Source: Thermomicrobiales bacterium (GTDB taxonomy: Bacteria; Chloroflexota; Chloroflexia; Thermomicrobiales; UBA6265). From it: a stretch of DNA of 64,000 bases. How positions within the stretch are numbered: position 1 is the first letter of the stretch; each line of letters opens with the position of its first letter. A model generated the notes under the pieces. It was not told the DNA's origin and made no database searches. It saw only the letters and a program-made list of their open reading frames with translations. Shown here one piece after another: positions 18,128 through 27,113 of this stretch. The position numbers and the translations under genes are program-made. The DNA is taken from assembly GCA_030447415.1 (NCBI GenBank), contig JAUJOZ010000019.1:9929-73928 (forward strand), written 5' to 3'.

Positions 18128-19072
18128 GTGGCACGCTTCTTAGCTCGGCGGCTGGGTCTGCTGCTGCTGACGCTCTGGTTGATGTCGGTCCTGGTATTTG
18201 TCATCACGTCGGTCTTGCCCGGCGATGTGGCGCACACGATCCTGGGTCAACACGCCACTCCGGAAGCCGTCGCCGGGCTCCGCCACGAATTAGACCTTGA
18301 CCACCCTCTACCGGTGCTCTACCTACGGTGGATCACCGGCTTCGTCACCGGGGATTGGGGCGAATCGCCCAGCCTTCAGGTGCCCATCTCCAGCGTGCTC
18401 CCAAATCGGCTCTTCAACTCGCTGGTGCTCGCGGTCGCCGCCCTGATCGTCATCGTGCCGCTGTCGATCGCGTTTGGACTGCTGGCCGCGCTGCGCCAGG
18501 ATCGCCCCATTGACCGAGCGATCTCCGTCACCGGCCTATCGCTGATGGCGGTCCCCGAGTTCGTCAGCGGCATCGTCCTGCTCTCGGTCTTCGGTATCTG
18601 GCTGCGCTGGCTGCCGACGACGAGCGTCGCGGCCGGCGGCGACCCGCTGACCGAACCGCAATACCTTGTGCTTCCGGTCCTCTCGTTGAGCATCGTCTTC
18701 TTCGGCTACGTCTCCCGCATGATGCGCGCGAGCACCATCACGGTGCTGGGGAGCGCCTACACGCGAACGGCCATGCTCAAGGGGCTGCCGCTGCGGCAGG
18801 TTCTACTGCGTCACGTGCTGCGCAACGCGCTGGTGCCGACTATCACCGTGGTCATGTCGTCGATCGGCTACCTGGTCGGCGGATTGGTCATCGTCGAAAG
18901 CCTCTTCGGGTACCCCGGCCTCGGCGGCTTGCTCCTCTACGCCGGTCTCCACCACGATGTGCCGCTCTTGGAAGACTGCGCGATGATCGTCGCGGCGATC
19001 TACATGGTGGGCAACCTGACCGCCGATCTGCTCTACGCTTACCTGAACCCACAGATTCGGTACGGCTCGTAA
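18128..19072 (+). CDS. ABC peptide/nickel-type transporter permease (DppB/OppB-like)
   Basis: 314 aa. N-terminal RRLGLLLLTLWLMSVLVF, an EAA-like loop (YTRTAMLKGLPLRQVLLRHVLRNALVP) and the C-terminal YAYLNPQIRY. GGAGGAGGAGG lies upstream of the GTG. Confidence 0.9.
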   Translation: MARFLARRLGLLLLTLWLMSVLVFVITSVLPGDVAHTILGQHATPEAVAGLRHELDLDHPLPVLYLRWITGFVTGDWGESPSLQVPISSVLPNRLFNSLVLAVAALIVIVPLSIAFGLLAALRQDRPIDRAISVTGLSLMAVPEFVSGIVLLSVFGIWLRWLPTTSVAAGGDPLTEPQYLVLPVLSLSIVFFGYVSRMMRASTITVLGSAYTRTAMLKGLPLRQVLLRHVLRNALVPTITVVMSSIGYLVGGLVIVESLFGYPGLGGLLLYAGLHHDVPLLEDCAMIVAAIYMVGNLTADLLYAYLNPQIRYGS

Positions 19073-19085
19073 AGGCGCATCGGCG

Positions 19086-20027
19086 ATGAGCGTCCAACCC
19101 GTCCCTGTCGGCGCCGATCGCAGCCCGGCTGACGGCACCATTGAACCGACCGCCGCGTTAGGCGGCGCCCCGTCCCAGACAGCTGGGAGGGCCGCCCGGC
19201 GTCCACTCTGGGGCACGGCGGTGCGCACGTTGCTGCGAACCCCCAGCGCGGCGGTCGGCGCGAGCATGGTCCTCTTCTGGGTGCTCTGCGCCATCTTCTG
19301 GCCGCTCTTCGTCCCGCACGACCCGGACGCGCAGGACTTCACCGCCCTGCTCGCTCACCCCTCGACGGCGCATCCGTTCGGCGCCGATCACCTCGGACGT
19401 GACGTGCTCAGCCGCGTTCTCGCGGGCAGCCGCGAGGTCTTGCTGCTGGCCCCGGCCGCGACCCTGCTCGGCCTGCTCGGTGGCATCGCCGTCGGCCTAT
19501 CCGCCGCGTACTACGGTGGTTGGTTCGACGAAATCCTGATGCGCGTGATGGACGCCATCATGGCCTTTCCCTTCATCATCCTGGCGCTGCTGATCCTCGC
19601 CGTCACGGGCCCCTCGGCGCGGAACGTGATCGTGGTCATCGGCCTCGGCTTCGTCCCTCTGACCGGCCGCGTGGTGCGCGCCGCCGCGCTGTCAGTGCGC
19701 GACCTTGACTACGTCGCGGCGGCGCGCCTGCGCGGCGCTCGCGGCGTCAACATCATGCTGACCGAGATTCTCCCCAATATCACCGGCCCCATCGTCGTCG
19801 AAGCGACCGTGCGCGTCGGCTACGCCATCTTCGCGGCTGCCTCGCTCAGCTTTCTCGGCTTGGGCGTGCCGCCTCCCTCGTCGAACTGGGGTGCCATGAT
19901 TAACGAGACCCGCCTCTACCTCACGGTCAATCCCGCCATCGTCCTCGCGCCAACCCTGGCGATCGCCTCGCTGGTGGTGGCCATCAACCTGGTCGCCGAC
20001 GGCTTGCGCCGGGCCGTACGCGCATGA
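19086..20027 (+). CDS. ABC peptide/nickel-type transporter permease (DppC/OppC-like)
   Basis: 313 aa. HPFGADHLGRDVLSRV and DYVAAARLRGARGVNIMLTEILPN are characteristic of the DppC family. Its stop overlaps the next start (ATGA). Confidence 0.9.
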   Translation: MSVQPVPVGADRSPADGTIEPTAALGGAPSQTAGRAARRPLWGTAVRTLLRTPSAAVGASMVLFWVLCAIFWPLFVPHDPDAQDFTALLAHPSTAHPFGADHLGRDVLSRVLAGSREVLLLAPAATLLGLLGGIAVGLSAAYYGGWFDEILMRVMDAIMAFPFIILALLILAVTGPSARNVIVVIGLGFVPLTGRVVRAAALSVRDLDYVAAARLRGARGVNIMLTEILPNITGPIVVEATVRVGYAIFAAASLSFLGLGVPPPSSNWGAMINETRLYLTVNPAIVLAPTLAIASLVVAINLVADGLRRAVRA

Positions 20028-21364
20028 GGAACCAAAGCCCTTCCCCACTCCCCGCGCAGGACGCGTCGATGCCACCGCCCGCCGCGCCGCTGCTCGCCGT
20101 CGATGGCCTGACCGTGACCTACCGCGCAGAAAGGCGCCAAACCGCCGTGCGCGACGTCTCGTTCGCGATCAACGCGCGCGAAGCCTACGGCTTGGTGGGC
20201 GAATCGGGCTGCGGCAAAAGCACGATCGCGCTCGCCATCATGCGCTACCTCCCGGCCAACGGCCGCGTGGCGGGCGGCCAGATCACTTTCGACGGTCGGG
20301 ACCTGTTGCGCCTCTCCACACGCGACCTGCAGCGCCTCCGCGGCGACCGCATCGCCATGGTTTACCAGGACCCGGGCGCGGCGCTCAATCCGACCATGAC
20401 GGTCGGTGACCAAGTCGCCGAGGTCTTCGCCGCCCACCGCGGCCTCGACCGCCGGCGGGCGCGCGCCGCCGCGGTGCAGATATTCGAGAGCGTGCGCATG
20501 CCCGGGGCGGCGGACGTCGCCCGACGCTACCCGCACCAGCTCAGCGGCGGCATGCAACAGCGCGCGATCATCGCCATGGCGCTGGCGACCAATCCCTCGC
20601 TCTTGATCCTCGATGAGCCAACCACGGGCCTCGACGCCACCGTCGAAGCCACCGTGCTCGATCTGATCGCCGCCATCCGCGCCGAGTTCGACGCGGCGAT
20701 CCTCCTCATCAGCCACAACCTGGCTGTCGTTTCCCGGCTCTGCGACCGCGTCGGCGTCGTCTACGCCGGGGAACTCGTCGAACAAGGCCCGACGGCCACG
20801 ATGTTCGCCTCACCGCACCATCCATACACCGCCGGCCTCCTCTCCTGCGTCCCCCGCTTCGGCATGCGCAAGGACACCGACCCGCTTGTGCCCATCGCCG
20901 GCCGCATGCCGCGCATCGGCGAAACGTTTCCCGGGTGCACCTTCGCCCCGCGCTGCCCGCTCGCCCGTGAGGTCTGCCGGAGGGAAAAACCCGCGTTGTT
21001 CGCCACGACAACGGGGCGACGGGCGCGTTGTTTCTTTTGGCCGGAAGTCTTAAACCCCCTCGCGGCGCATCCGCGCGGTGCCCCGGAAGGAGGGGCTTGC
21101 TCATGGCGCTGGATTACCATGCCGCCACCGGTTTTGAAAGGCACTCTTAGTGCATGGGCAAGGGGGCGTCTTGAGGAAGGAGGGGGACGGAGCGTGACAC
21201 GCTTCTTGGCGCGAAGGCTGGGTTTGCTGCTGCTGACGCTCTGGTTGATGTCGATCCTCGTCTTTGTGGTCACGTCGGTCTTGCCCGGCGATGTGGCGCA
21301 CACGATCCTGGGTCAACACGCGACGCCGGAGGCCGTGGCCGGGCTCCGGAACAGCTTGACCTGA
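20024..21364 (+). CDS. ABC transporter ATPase (DppD/OppD-like) with a ~100-aa stop-loss extension
   Basis: Walker A GESGCGKS, signature LSGGMQQR, Walker B LLILDEPT and the oligopeptide C-terminal motif (HPYTAGLL...CPLAREVC). The expected stop (TAA in copy B at 24097-24099) reads TTA here. The ORF therefore continues through the duplication junction into the first ~57 codons of the copy-B permease. Confidence 0.85.
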   Translation: MRNQSPSPLPAQDASMPPPAAPLLAVDGLTVTYRAERRQTAVRDVSFAINAREAYGLVGESGCGKSTIALAIMRYLPANGRVAGGQITFDGRDLLRLSTRDLQRLRGDRIAMVYQDPGAALNPTMTVGDQVAEVFAAHRGLDRRRARAAAVQIFESVRMPGAADVARRYPHQLSGGMQQRAIIAMALATNPSLLILDEPTTGLDATVEATVLDLIAAIRAEFDAAILLISHNLAVVSRLCDRVGVVYAGELVEQGPTATMFASPHHPYTAGLLSCVPRFGMRKDTDPLVPIAGRMPRIGETFPGCTFAPRCPLAREVCRREKPALFATTTGRRARCFFWPEVLNPLAAHPRGAPEGGACSWRWITMPPPVLKGTLSAWARGRLEEGGGRSVTRFLARRLGLLLLTLWLMSILVFVVTSVLPGDVAHTILGQHATPEAVAGLRNSLT

Positions 21365-22135
21365 ACCACCCTCGCCGGTGCTCTACCTGCGGTGGATCAC
21401 CGGCTTCGTGACCGGGGATTGGGGCGAATCGCCCAGCCTCCGGGTACCGATCTCCAGCGTCCTCCCGAATCGGCTCTTCAACTCGCTGGTGCTCGCCGTC
21501 GCGGCGCTGATCGTGATCGTGCCGCTGTCGATCGCGCTCGGCGTGATCGCCGCCTTGCGCCAGGATCGCCCCATTGACCGATCATCTCCGTCACCGGCCT
21601 ATCGCTGATGGCGGTGCCGGAGTTCGTCAGCGGCATCGTCCTGCTCTCGGTCTTCGGCATCTGGCTGCGCTGGCTGCCCACGACCAGCGTCGCCGCCGGC
21701 GGCAACCCGCTGACCGAACCGCAATACCTTGTGCTTCCGGTCCTGTCGTTGAGCCTCGTCTTTGTCGGCTACGTCTCCCGCATGATGCGCGCGAGCACCA
21801 TCACGGTGCTGGGGAGCGCCTACACGCGGACGGCCATGCTCAAGGGGCTGCCGCTGCGGCAGGTTCTGCTGCGTCACGTGCTGCGCAACGCGCTGGTGCC
21901 GACTATGACCGTGGTGATGTCGTCGATCGGCTACCTGGTCGGCGGATTGGTCATCGTCGAAAGCCTCTTCGGGTATCCCGGCCTCGGAAGCTTGCTCCTC
22001 TACGCCGGTCTCCACCACGATGTGCCGCTCTTGGAAGCGTGCGCGATGATCGTCGCGGCGATCTACATGGTGGGCAACCTGACCGCCGATCTGCTCTACG
22101 CCTACCTGAACCCACAGATTCGGTACGGCTCGTGA
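21194..22135 (+). pseudogene. DppB-like permease, copy B, frameshifted
   Basis: Same protein as 18128..19072, but split over three frames. Small deletions near 21345-21375 give a premature TGA at 21362, and there is a further shift near 21585. Confidence 0.8.
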
Positions 22136-22148
22136 TGGTGCATCGGCG

Positions 22149-23084
22149 ATGAGCGTCCAACCCGTCCCTGTCGGCGCCGATCGCAGCCCGGCTGAGCGGC
22201 ACCATTGAACCGACCGCCGCGTTGGGCGGCGCCGTCCCAGACAGTCCGGGCCGCCCGATCGCACTCTGGGGCACGGCGGTGCGCACGTTGCTGCGAACCC
22301 CAGTGCGGCGGTCGGCGCGAGCATCGTGCTCTTCTGGGTGCTCTGCGCCATCTTCTGGCCGCTCTTCGTCCCGCACGACCCGGACGCGCAGGACTTCACG
22401 GCCCTGCTCGCTCACCCCTCGACGGCGCATCCGTTCGGCGCCGATCACCTCGGGCGTGACGTGCTCAGCCGCGTTCTCGCGGGCAGCCGCGAGGTCTTGC
22501 TGCTGGCCCCGGCGGCGACCCTGCTCGGCCTGCTCGGTGGGGTCGCCGTCGGGCTATCCGCCGCGTACTACGGTGGTTGGTTCGACGAAATCCTGATGCG
22601 CGTGATGGACGCCATCATGGCCTTCCCGTTCATCATCCTGGCGCTGCTGATCCTCGCCGTCACGGGCCCCTCGGCGCGCAACGTGATCGTGGTCATCGGC
22701 CTCGGCTTCGTCCCTCTGACCGGCCGCGTGGTGCGCGCCGCCGCGCTCTCGGTGCGCGACCTTGACTACGTCGCGGCGGCGCGCCTGCGCGGCGCTCGTG
22801 GATTGAGCATCATGCTGACCGAGATTCTCCCCAATATCACCGGCCCCATCGTCGTCGAAGCGACCGTGCGCGTCGGCTACGCCATCTTTGCGGCGGCCTC
22901 GCTGAGCTTTCTCGGGCTGGGCGTGCCGCCTCCCTCGCCGAACTGGGGTGCCATGATCAACGAGACCCGTCTCTACATCACGGTCAATCCCACCATCGTC
23001 CTCGCGCCAACCCTGGCGATCGCCTCGCTGGTGGTGGCAGTCAACCTGGTGGCCGACGGACTGCGCCGGGCCGTCCGCGCATGA
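22149..23084 (+). pseudogene. DppC-like permease, copy B, frameshifted
   Basis: ATG at 22149. There is a 1-nt insertion (GCTGAGCGGC versus GCTGACGGC in copy A) and further indels before 22326. The remainder (22326..23084) is colinear with copy A. Confidence 0.8.
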
Positions 23085-24099
23085 ACAAAGCCCTTCCCCA
23101 CTCCTCGCAGGACGCGTCGATGCCACCGCCCGCCGCGCCGCTGCTCGCCGTCGATGGCCTGACCGTGACCTACCGCGCGAAACGCGCCAAACCGCCGTGC
23201 GCGACGTCTCGTTCGCGATCCACGCGCGCGAGGCGTACGGGCTGGTGGGCGAATCGGGCTGCGGCAAAAGCACGATCGCGCTCGCCATCATGCGCTACCT
23301 CCCGGCCAACGGCCGGGTGGCGGCGGGCGAGATCAGGTTCGAGGGTCGGGACCTGTTGCGCCTCTCCGGCGCGACCTGCAGCGCCTGCGCGGCGACCGCA
23401 TCGCCATGGTTTACCAGGACCCGGGCGCGGCGCTCAATCCGAGCATGACGGTCGGTGATCAGGTCGCCGAGGTCTTCGCCGCCCACCGCGGCCTCGACCG
23501 CCGGCGGGGCGCGCCGGCCGCCGGTGCAGATGTTCGAGAGCGTGCGGATGCCGGGAGCGGCGGACGTCGCCCGACGCTTTCCGCACCAGCTCAGCGGCGG
23601 CATGCAGCAGCGCGCCGTCATCGCCATGGCGCTGGCGACCAACCCTCGCTCTTGATCCTCGATGAGCCAACCACGGGCCTCGACGCGACCGTCGAAGCCA
23701 CCGTGCTCGATCTGATCGCCGCCATCCGCGCCGAGTTCGACGCGGCGATCCTCCTCATCAGCCACAACCTGGCTGTCGTTTCCCGGCTCTGCGACCGTCG
23801 GCGTGCTGTACGCCGGGGAACTCGTCGAACAAGGCCCGACGGCCACGATGTTCGCGTCTCCGCAGCATCCATACACCGCCGGCCTTGCTCTCCTGCGTCC
23901 CCCGCTTCGGCATGCGCAAGGACACCCATCCGCTTGTGCCCATCGCCGGCCGCATGCCGCGCATCGGCGAAACGACGGGCCGTCTGACCTTCGCCCCGCG
24001 GTGCCCGCTCGCCCGTGAGGTCTGCCGGAGGGAAAAACCCGCGTGATGAGCACGACGCCGGGGCGACGGGCGCCCTGGTACTTTTGGCCGGAAGTCTAA
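23081..24099 (+). pseudogene. DppD-like ATPase, copy B, multiple frameshifts
   Basis: Pieces lie in all three frames (23081.., 23197..23448, 23406.., 23803..). The Walker A and signature segments are recognisable. It retains the terminal ...WYFWPEV-TAA. Confidence 0.8.
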
Positions 24100-24189
24100 C
24101 ACCCCCTCGCGGCGCAGGCGCGCGCGGCGCCGGCGGCGGGCGCCGCGCCGGCCGCGATCCAGCGTCAGGACCGCGCCGCGCTGCTGGAG

Positions 24190-25200
24190 GTGCGGGACGC
24201 CGAGGTGCGGTTCGGCCGGGCACCGCGTCAGGTGCGTGCGGTCAACGATGTCTCGTTCGCCGTGCCACGGGGCGAGATCTTCGGCCTCGTCGGCGAGTCG
24301 GGCAGCGGCAAGTCCACCATGGCGCGGGCCATCGCCGGCCTGCTCGCGCTCGATGGCGGCACGCTCACCCTGGACGGCCGCGACATCTCACGGCCGGTCG
24401 AGCAGCGCGAGCGAGCCGTGATCAAACGGATACAGATGGTCTTTCAAAGCCCGGAAGCGACCCTGAACCCGCGTCAAACGGTACGCCAGATGCTCAGTCG
24501 CACGGTGAAGGCCCTAACCCAGCGTCGCGGCGCGGCGCTGAGAGATCGAGTCGAAGAACTGGCGCGCCTCGTTCACCTGGATGCCGCCCTGCTGGATAGC
24601 TACCCCAGTGGCCTCAGCGGAGGGCAGCGCCAGCGCGTCGCCATCGCTCGCGCCTTTGCCGGTGATCCCGACATCGTGCTCTGCGACGAGCCAGTCTCGA
24701 ACCTCGACGTCTCCGTCCAAGCGACGATCCTCACGCTGCTGGCCGACCTCCAACAGCGCAAGTCGGTCTCCTACGTCTTCATCTCCCATGACCTGGGCGT
24801 GATCCGTTACCTGGCCGATCGGGTCGGGGTGATGTACCTCGGTGCCCTAGTCGAGGTCGGACCGGTCGACCGCGTATTCGCGCCTCCGTTCCATCCGTAC
24901 ACGGAAACCCTCTTCGCCGCCATGCCGACCCTCGACCGGCCGCCAGCGGCGATTCGCGCCCAAGGGAGCATGCCCAGCGCCGCGGAGATCCCCTCCGGCT
25001 GCCCCTTCCATACCCGTTGTCCGCGCTTCCTGGGGGAGCAGTGCGTCACCCAAGAGCCGCCCTGGCGGCAACCGGTGGCGGGGCATGCCTACCGCTGCTG
25101 GATCCCGCCCGACGAGCTGGCGCGAATCCAACGACCGATATGGGTCCAGTCGACGCGCGAAAAGGATGCGATGATGCGCTCCGCAGAGGAAACGGCCTAG
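24190..25200 (+). CDS. ABC transporter ATPase (DppF/OppF-like)
   Basis: Walker A GESGSGKS, signature LSGGQRQR, Walker B IVLCDEP, and C-terminal HPYTETL...CPFHTRCP. GTG start. The frame is open back to 24100 and the start context is weak. Confidence 0.85.
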   Translation: MRDAEVRFGRAPRQVRAVNDVSFAVPRGEIFGLVGESGSGKSTMARAIAGLLALDGGTLTLDGRDISRPVEQRERAVIKRIQMVFQSPEATLNPRQTVRQMLSRTVKALTQRRGAALRDRVEELARLVHLDAALLDSYPSGLSGGQRQRVAIARAFAGDPDIVLCDEPVSNLDVSVQATILTLLADLQQRKSVSYVFISHDLGVIRYLADRVGVMYLGALVEVGPVDRVFAPPFHPYTETLFAAMPTLDRPPAAIRAQGSMPSAAEIPSGCPFHTRCPRFLGEQCVTQEPPWRQPVAGHAYRCWIPPDELARIQRPIWVQSTREKDAMMRSAEETA

Positions 25201-25362
25201 CCCTGCACCGCCAGAACGCGACCGACTGGGGTCACGTGGCCCCGAAGGCATGGACGAAAGGAGGAGTGGCGGACGAGACGACGTGACGGCGGTCCCCATC
25301 CAACCATGGCCCGCGTGCCGAACTCCGATCGGCCGTGCGTGGAGCAGGAAGGACAGACAACG

Positions 25363-26946
25363 ATGAGCGACGAGACCCGGGAATACGCACACCACCTGCG
25401 GACGGCGTATCGAACCGGCCGCATCGATCGCCGCGAGTTCGTCAAATGGTCCGCGATTCTTGGCTTGTCGCTGCCGCGTCTCAACGTGGCGCGGGCCCAG
25501 TCCGAAAGCCCCGTGCCCGTGGCCGGTGGCACCATCCGCTTTACGGTCGAGCCTGCCGCCACCATCGAGCCGCACCAGCTCAACGATGACGCCGGCATCG
25601 GCACGGTCCACCAGGTCTGCGAGATGCTCGTCGACACGGACTACGAGGGGAACTTGCAGCCGCGGCTCGCCACCAGTTGGACGCCGGGCGACGGCGGCAA
25701 GACCTGGACCGTCGCCCTTCGCCAGGGCGTGAAGTTCCACAATGGCCAGCCGATGACCGCCGACGACGTGGTGGCGACGTTCAAACGCCTGGTCGACCCC
25801 AACTCGGGCTCCTCGGCGCTCGCGACCTTTGATTTTCTCCCCGGCGAAGGCGTCCGTAAGGTCGACGACTTCACGGTGGCCTTCGACCTCAGTCGCGCCG
25901 TTGTCGATTTCCCGGCCTACCTGAACAGCTACCAGGCGGTCATCCTCCCCGCGAACTGGCCCGGCGATTTTGCCAAGAACCCGATCGGGACCGGCGCGTT
26001 CAAGATGGTCGAGCACGTGCCGCAGCAGCGCGTCAGATACGAGCGCAACCCCGACTACTGGCTGGAGGGAGCGCCCTATCTGGACGGCGTCGAAGCCATC
26101 ACCCTCTCGCCGGACAACGCCGTCACCGCCCTCCTCGGCAACAGCGTCGACATGACCGGCAATCCCGCGGCGCTACCGCTGGTTCGCGACAACCCGAACA
26201 TCAAGTCCCTGACCATCGGCACCAGCGGCCACGACGGCGTCTTCATGCGCGTCGACCAGGAGCCGTTCAGCGACAAGCGGGTGCGCCAGGCCATGGCCTT
26301 GTGCATGAACCGACCGGATCTGATCGCCAGCGTCTGGCAGGGGCTGGGCGAGCTCGGCAACGACAACGTGTTCGCCCCCGTCTTTCCCCTCTACAACGAG
26401 ATCGAACAGCGAGTACAGGACTACGACCGGGCCAAGGCGCTGCTGAGCGAAGCCGGGCACCCCAATGGCTTCAGCGCCACGCTGACTACCAGTTCGGACA
26501 CCGCCCCGCTCCCCACGATGGCCGCGGTCGTGCAGCAGATGCTGAAACCTGTCGGCATCGACATCGAGATCAACGCCGAGCCGTCGTCGATCTACTTCAA
26601 CACCGATTGGTTGGAGACGCCGCTCAACATCACCAACTGGGGCGGCCGCGCCACCCCGAGCCAGTACCTGAGCACGGCGTACGTCACGGGGTCCGTCTGG
26701 AACGCCTCGCACTGGTCCAATCCCACCTTCGATGGACTGGTCGGGCAGCTCGACGCCGAGCTCGACTTCGACAAGCGCAAGGCGCTCGCTAAGCAGATCC
26801 AAACGATCATGACGGACGAGGTCCCCTCGATCATTCCCTTCTTTATCAACGGCGTGACGTTCGTGCGCGACAACGTGCAAGGCTACGTTCCCGATCGGAT
26901 TGGCTTCCGCGATCTGCGGCGCACCTTCCTCAGCCCGAACTCGTAG
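25363..26946 (+). CDS. ABC transporter substrate-binding protein, family 5 (peptide/nickel), Tat signal
   Basis: RIDRREFVKWSAILGLSL is a twin-arginine-type signal. The SBP_bac_5 pattern is present (LATSWTPGDGGKTWTVALRQGVKFHNG). An upstream in-frame start at 25306 is possible. Confidence 0.85.
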   Translation: MSDETREYAHHLRTAYRTGRIDRREFVKWSAILGLSLPRLNVARAQSESPVPVAGGTIRFTVEPAATIEPHQLNDDAGIGTVHQVCEMLVDTDYEGNLQPRLATSWTPGDGGKTWTVALRQGVKFHNGQPMTADDVVATFKRLVDPNSGSSALATFDFLPGEGVRKVDDFTVAFDLSRAVVDFPAYLNSYQAVILPANWPGDFAKNPIGTGAFKMVEHVPQQRVRYERNPDYWLEGAPYLDGVEAITLSPDNAVTALLGNSVDMTGNPAALPLVRDNPNIKSLTIGTSGHDGVFMRVDQEPFSDKRVRQAMALCMNRPDLIASVWQGLGELGNDNVFAPVFPLYNEIEQRVQDYDRAKALLSEAGHPNGFSATLTTSSDTAPLPTMAAVVQQMLKPVGIDIEINAEPSSIYFNTDWLETPLNITNWGGRATPSQYLSTAYVTGSVWNASHWSNPTFDGLVGQLDAELDFDKRKALAKQIQTIMTDEVPSIIPFFINGVTFVRDNVQGYVPDRIGFRDLRRTFLSPNS

Positions 26947-27020
26947 CGGCGGCATCGCTCGCTTCGGCCGGTGCACCGTCGGTGCGCGCGGCGACGAGGC
27001 ACTCGGGGCAATCCTCCTGA

Positions 27021-27049
27021 CGGCCCGGCGCTTTGAATGCGCCGGGCCG
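27021..27049 (+). terminator. candidate intrinsic terminator hairpin after the SBP gene
   Basis: Perfect 11-bp GC-rich stem CGGCCCGGCGC / GCGCCGGGCCG with the loop TTTGAAT. There is no clear T-tract. Confidence 0.35.
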
Positions 27050-27113
27050 CTCAGCGCGGCGTCAATGGTCTCTGGGACGACGAGTCCGCTAGCAGCAAAG
27101 AAAGGATGGCGGT

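Larger units (their letters stand above)
18088..21069 (+). repeat. tandem segmental duplication, copy A (intact genes)
   Basis: Colinear with 21153-24116 at a period of ~3.05-3.07 kb. Most 60-nt lines differ at only a few positions by eye. Confidence 0.9.
21153..24116 (+). repeat. tandem segmental duplication, copy B (decayed genes)
   Basis: See copy A. An 83-bp junction (21070-21152) with no obvious match upstream of copy A separates the two copies. Confidence 0.9.

Noticed and set aside
20024-25200. The idea that the two ATPases descend from a single fused two-domain (GsiA-type) gene split by the duplication.
   Set aside because: Copy B retains an in-frame TAA (24097-24099) right after the conserved ...FWPEV end. 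The ancestral arrangement was therefore two separate genes, and copy A simply lost its stop.
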